In this document: one piece after another, positions 61,317 to 64,000 of the stretch
Numbering within the stretch: position 1 is the first letter of the stretch
How the letters are laid out: each line of letters opens with the position of its first letter
From: Chiloscyllium plagiosum
Lineage: Eukaryota
Assembly (NCBI RefSeq): GCF_004010195.1
Contig: NC_057718.1
Coordinates: 22,356,963-22,420,962 of the forward strand
Reading direction: 5' to 3'
Length of the DNA: 64,000 bases
Translations under genes and position numbers: made by a program
Notes under the pieces: generated by a model
Database searches by the model: none
Seen by the model: the letters and a program-made list of their open reading frames with translations, nothing else
Told to the model about the DNA's origin: nothing

Positions 61317-64000
61317 GTATGTTTTCATTTATTTTTGTATTGCTAATTATTTTACTCTGTGAAAAGGCACATTGATAAATTTTTAAGACCATATGCGGTG
61401 AAGACTTATTGTGAAATTGTAATTATATTTATGAAACATAGTTATTTAGTATTTTGTTATGAATATTGGCAGAGAAAATCATCTTACATGAATTTTGCTT
61501 TTTTAAAATGTAGAATTCCAAGTAAAGTCTAATAGTGGAATATTTTCACGTATTTTAAGTGATGGAATGATTTATAACATAGCGTTAGGATATTTACTGG
61601 CATGTTAGCTTGTTTATTATTAGAAGATTGTTACATTTCTTTTGACTTTAACTTATTAAAGAAGATTGGAATATTATTTCCCCCATAAGCCCTTCAAAAC
61701 CATGAACTTCCTGCACCTAATGTCTGTTTTAGTCTCTCTGATATGCGATCCTGTAGTAGCTACCAGGAGGCTGCTGAGAACATGCTTTCATTCATTTCCG
61801 GATGATGGCATTGCTGGCTACAACAGCTTTCATTACCTAATTCCCTGGAGAAAGTGGTGATGAGCTCCCTTCTTGAACTGCTGTGGTCCTTTGGATTTAA
61901 GGATATCCACAGTGCCATTGGGAAGGAAGTTCCAGGATTTTGACGCAGCTACTGTGAAAGAGCAGCAGTATTGTTCCAAATTAGGACAATGGTGGTGTTC
62001 CCTTGTGTCTTCGGTCCTTTTCTACTAGGCAGTAGAGGTTGCGGGTTTGAAAGGTGGTGTCAGTGGGCCTTGGTGATTTCCTACAACACATCTTGTAGGT
62101 AGTACACACTGCTGCCTCTTTTGTGAGTGATGAAGAGACTAACTATTGAAGATGATGGATAAAAGTGTTACTTTAACTGGATGGTGTCAGCTTCTTGGTG
62201 TTTTTGAGAATTGGAGAGTATTCCATCACACTTCTGACCTATGTCATTACCATGTCAACTCTTCTCCCTTCCATACCCTAAATGCCTGACAACTGCTTCA
62301 GGTCTTCCAAAAGGGACATGATTAAAATGAATTGAAGGGCGAGTCAACCTCCTTACTTATTACATAACACAGGTCAGGTATCATATTGTTATTGTATTAT
62401 AATTTTTGATAAAATTCCCAACTCTTATGAAATGGCACAGAAAAATAAGGTGGGCTAATCAATTATATCTTGCACAATGTTGATAGCATGCAATTTTTAT
62501 TTCTACATTTTATGCTTTGACATAAATATAATAAAACCATCAATAATCAGTTCAATTGTTTCGTTACTGTACTTTGTATTAAATCTGTGATTTTATGCCC
62601 CAAGAGGGAATAATCTCAGAGTAAGGGGTCACCTAATTAGGAAAGAGATAAGGGTGAATTTCTTCTGTCAGAGGATAGTGAGCCTGAAGCATTGTTTACC
62701 ACAAAGAGCTATCAAGTCTGGGTCATTTAGTATATACAAGGTTAAAATGGACAGATTTGTAATCAGTAAGGGAATAAAAGGTTATGGGGAAAAGGCAAGA
62801 AAGTGGAGTTGATGATTATCAGATCAGTCATGGTCTCATTGTGTGGTGGAGTCGACCCGATGAACTGAATGGCCTATTTATGCTCCCATACTGTACCATC
62901 TTATAGTCTAATGGAGTTAATCCTAATTCAGGCCCTACATCTGAGGTTGCTGAGGTATTTATTTGATTGGGCTGGGTTGCCATTGGCTTCCTGATTACTT
63001 TAACTTTCAGAGTACCTTTGCCTCGAAGGCTGTAAGGAAGCTTTAAGCGTTGCATTTGCCAATGACAATGTGCAAGGGATATCCACCCCCATCAGATCTA
63101 AATATATCTGCAGGAAATTAGCACAGTACTTAGACCTAATGCTCTAAATTCCATTTAATGGAGTTAAAAAAAAAATCAAGGGATGTTGGTAGCACAGCCA
63201 GCATTTGTTTACAATCCTTACTTGCCCTTGAAAATGTGGTGGTGAGATGTCTTGAACCGCTGAGTCCACATGGTATAGTTGCACTCACAATGCTATTGGG
63301 AAGGGATATTGACTAGTGGCAATGCAGAAACAGTGGCTACCAATATGGCCAGAATGTTTATTATGTGCCAGAAAGAGCTGAATATTAATATTGTAACAAC
63401 AGTGCAAGTAAAAGGAACTGATCACAGAAGTTGGAATGATGTAAGGAAAAGGGAGGGTTGTGGATCTAGTTGAAGAACTATATCAGAAGCCTGGCACAGA
63501 CATACTGGGTCAAGTGGTCAAATTCTGTAAAAGTCTGATGTGTACATTCCAGAATTTGTAGAATTTCAATAAGAGTAAATTTGATGAGCTTCACCTGATG
63601 TGGACTGGATGTTTGAAAGGCCACAGGGTCAGGACCAAGTACAAGCATGCTTGATAATTGAGGCTCTGCAATTCTCTTGTGATCCCAACAACTTCAGGAC
63701 AGTTTTGAATTTTCAAAGAGCCATTGGAGGTGAATGCAATGATCACTTGTTTGTCACCACTTAATGGCTTTTTAACTTCCCTGAGGGGCTTGTCCTGTGC
63801 ATTTAGTGCACAGCCTGTCAGTTTTGACATTCCGTCAGAGATGCCCTGAAATCTAATATGTGCGGCTACCTAGCACTGACATAATCATGGTTCCTAACCT
63901 TCTTTTCTATCTCTGCTGTCTTGACTCATTTTGCCTCCAGGGTCTTGCCAGGAGCTGCCTGCTCTAATCACCACAGCAGCGGCAGTGTCCAATATGGCTG

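Overview
Vertebrate nuclear DNA, very probably from a shark (it carries HE1-type tRNA-derived SINEs and shark-type CR1 LINEs). The window holds 13 consecutive + strand exons of the cardiac ryanodine receptor gene RYR2, equivalent to human exons 6-18 (3676-61316). All have AG/GT boundaries and compatible phases, and they splice to a 1518-nt, 506-aa stop-free frame covering the N-terminal domains (about human residues 104-609). The introns are full of transposon remains: CR1, L2, RTE and Rex-Babar LINE pieces, HE1 SINEs, Tigger-like MITEs, a decayed Harbinger, a probable solo LTR and a 2.5-kb Penelope-like element (PLE; RT plus GIY-YIG). The most striking non-obvious signal is about ten small PLE-derived insertions from at least three sequence families, nearly all carrying a minimal hammerhead ribozyme motif (CTGAnGA-stem II-GAAA-CGTC). 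Most have 12-16 bp target-site duplications and start a few nucleotides upstream of the hammerhead core. Two unrelated families form near-perfect palindromes with a 1-nt spacer centred at that same point. Repeat family names come from recalled motifs, not database searches, and boundaries of old repeats are approximate.
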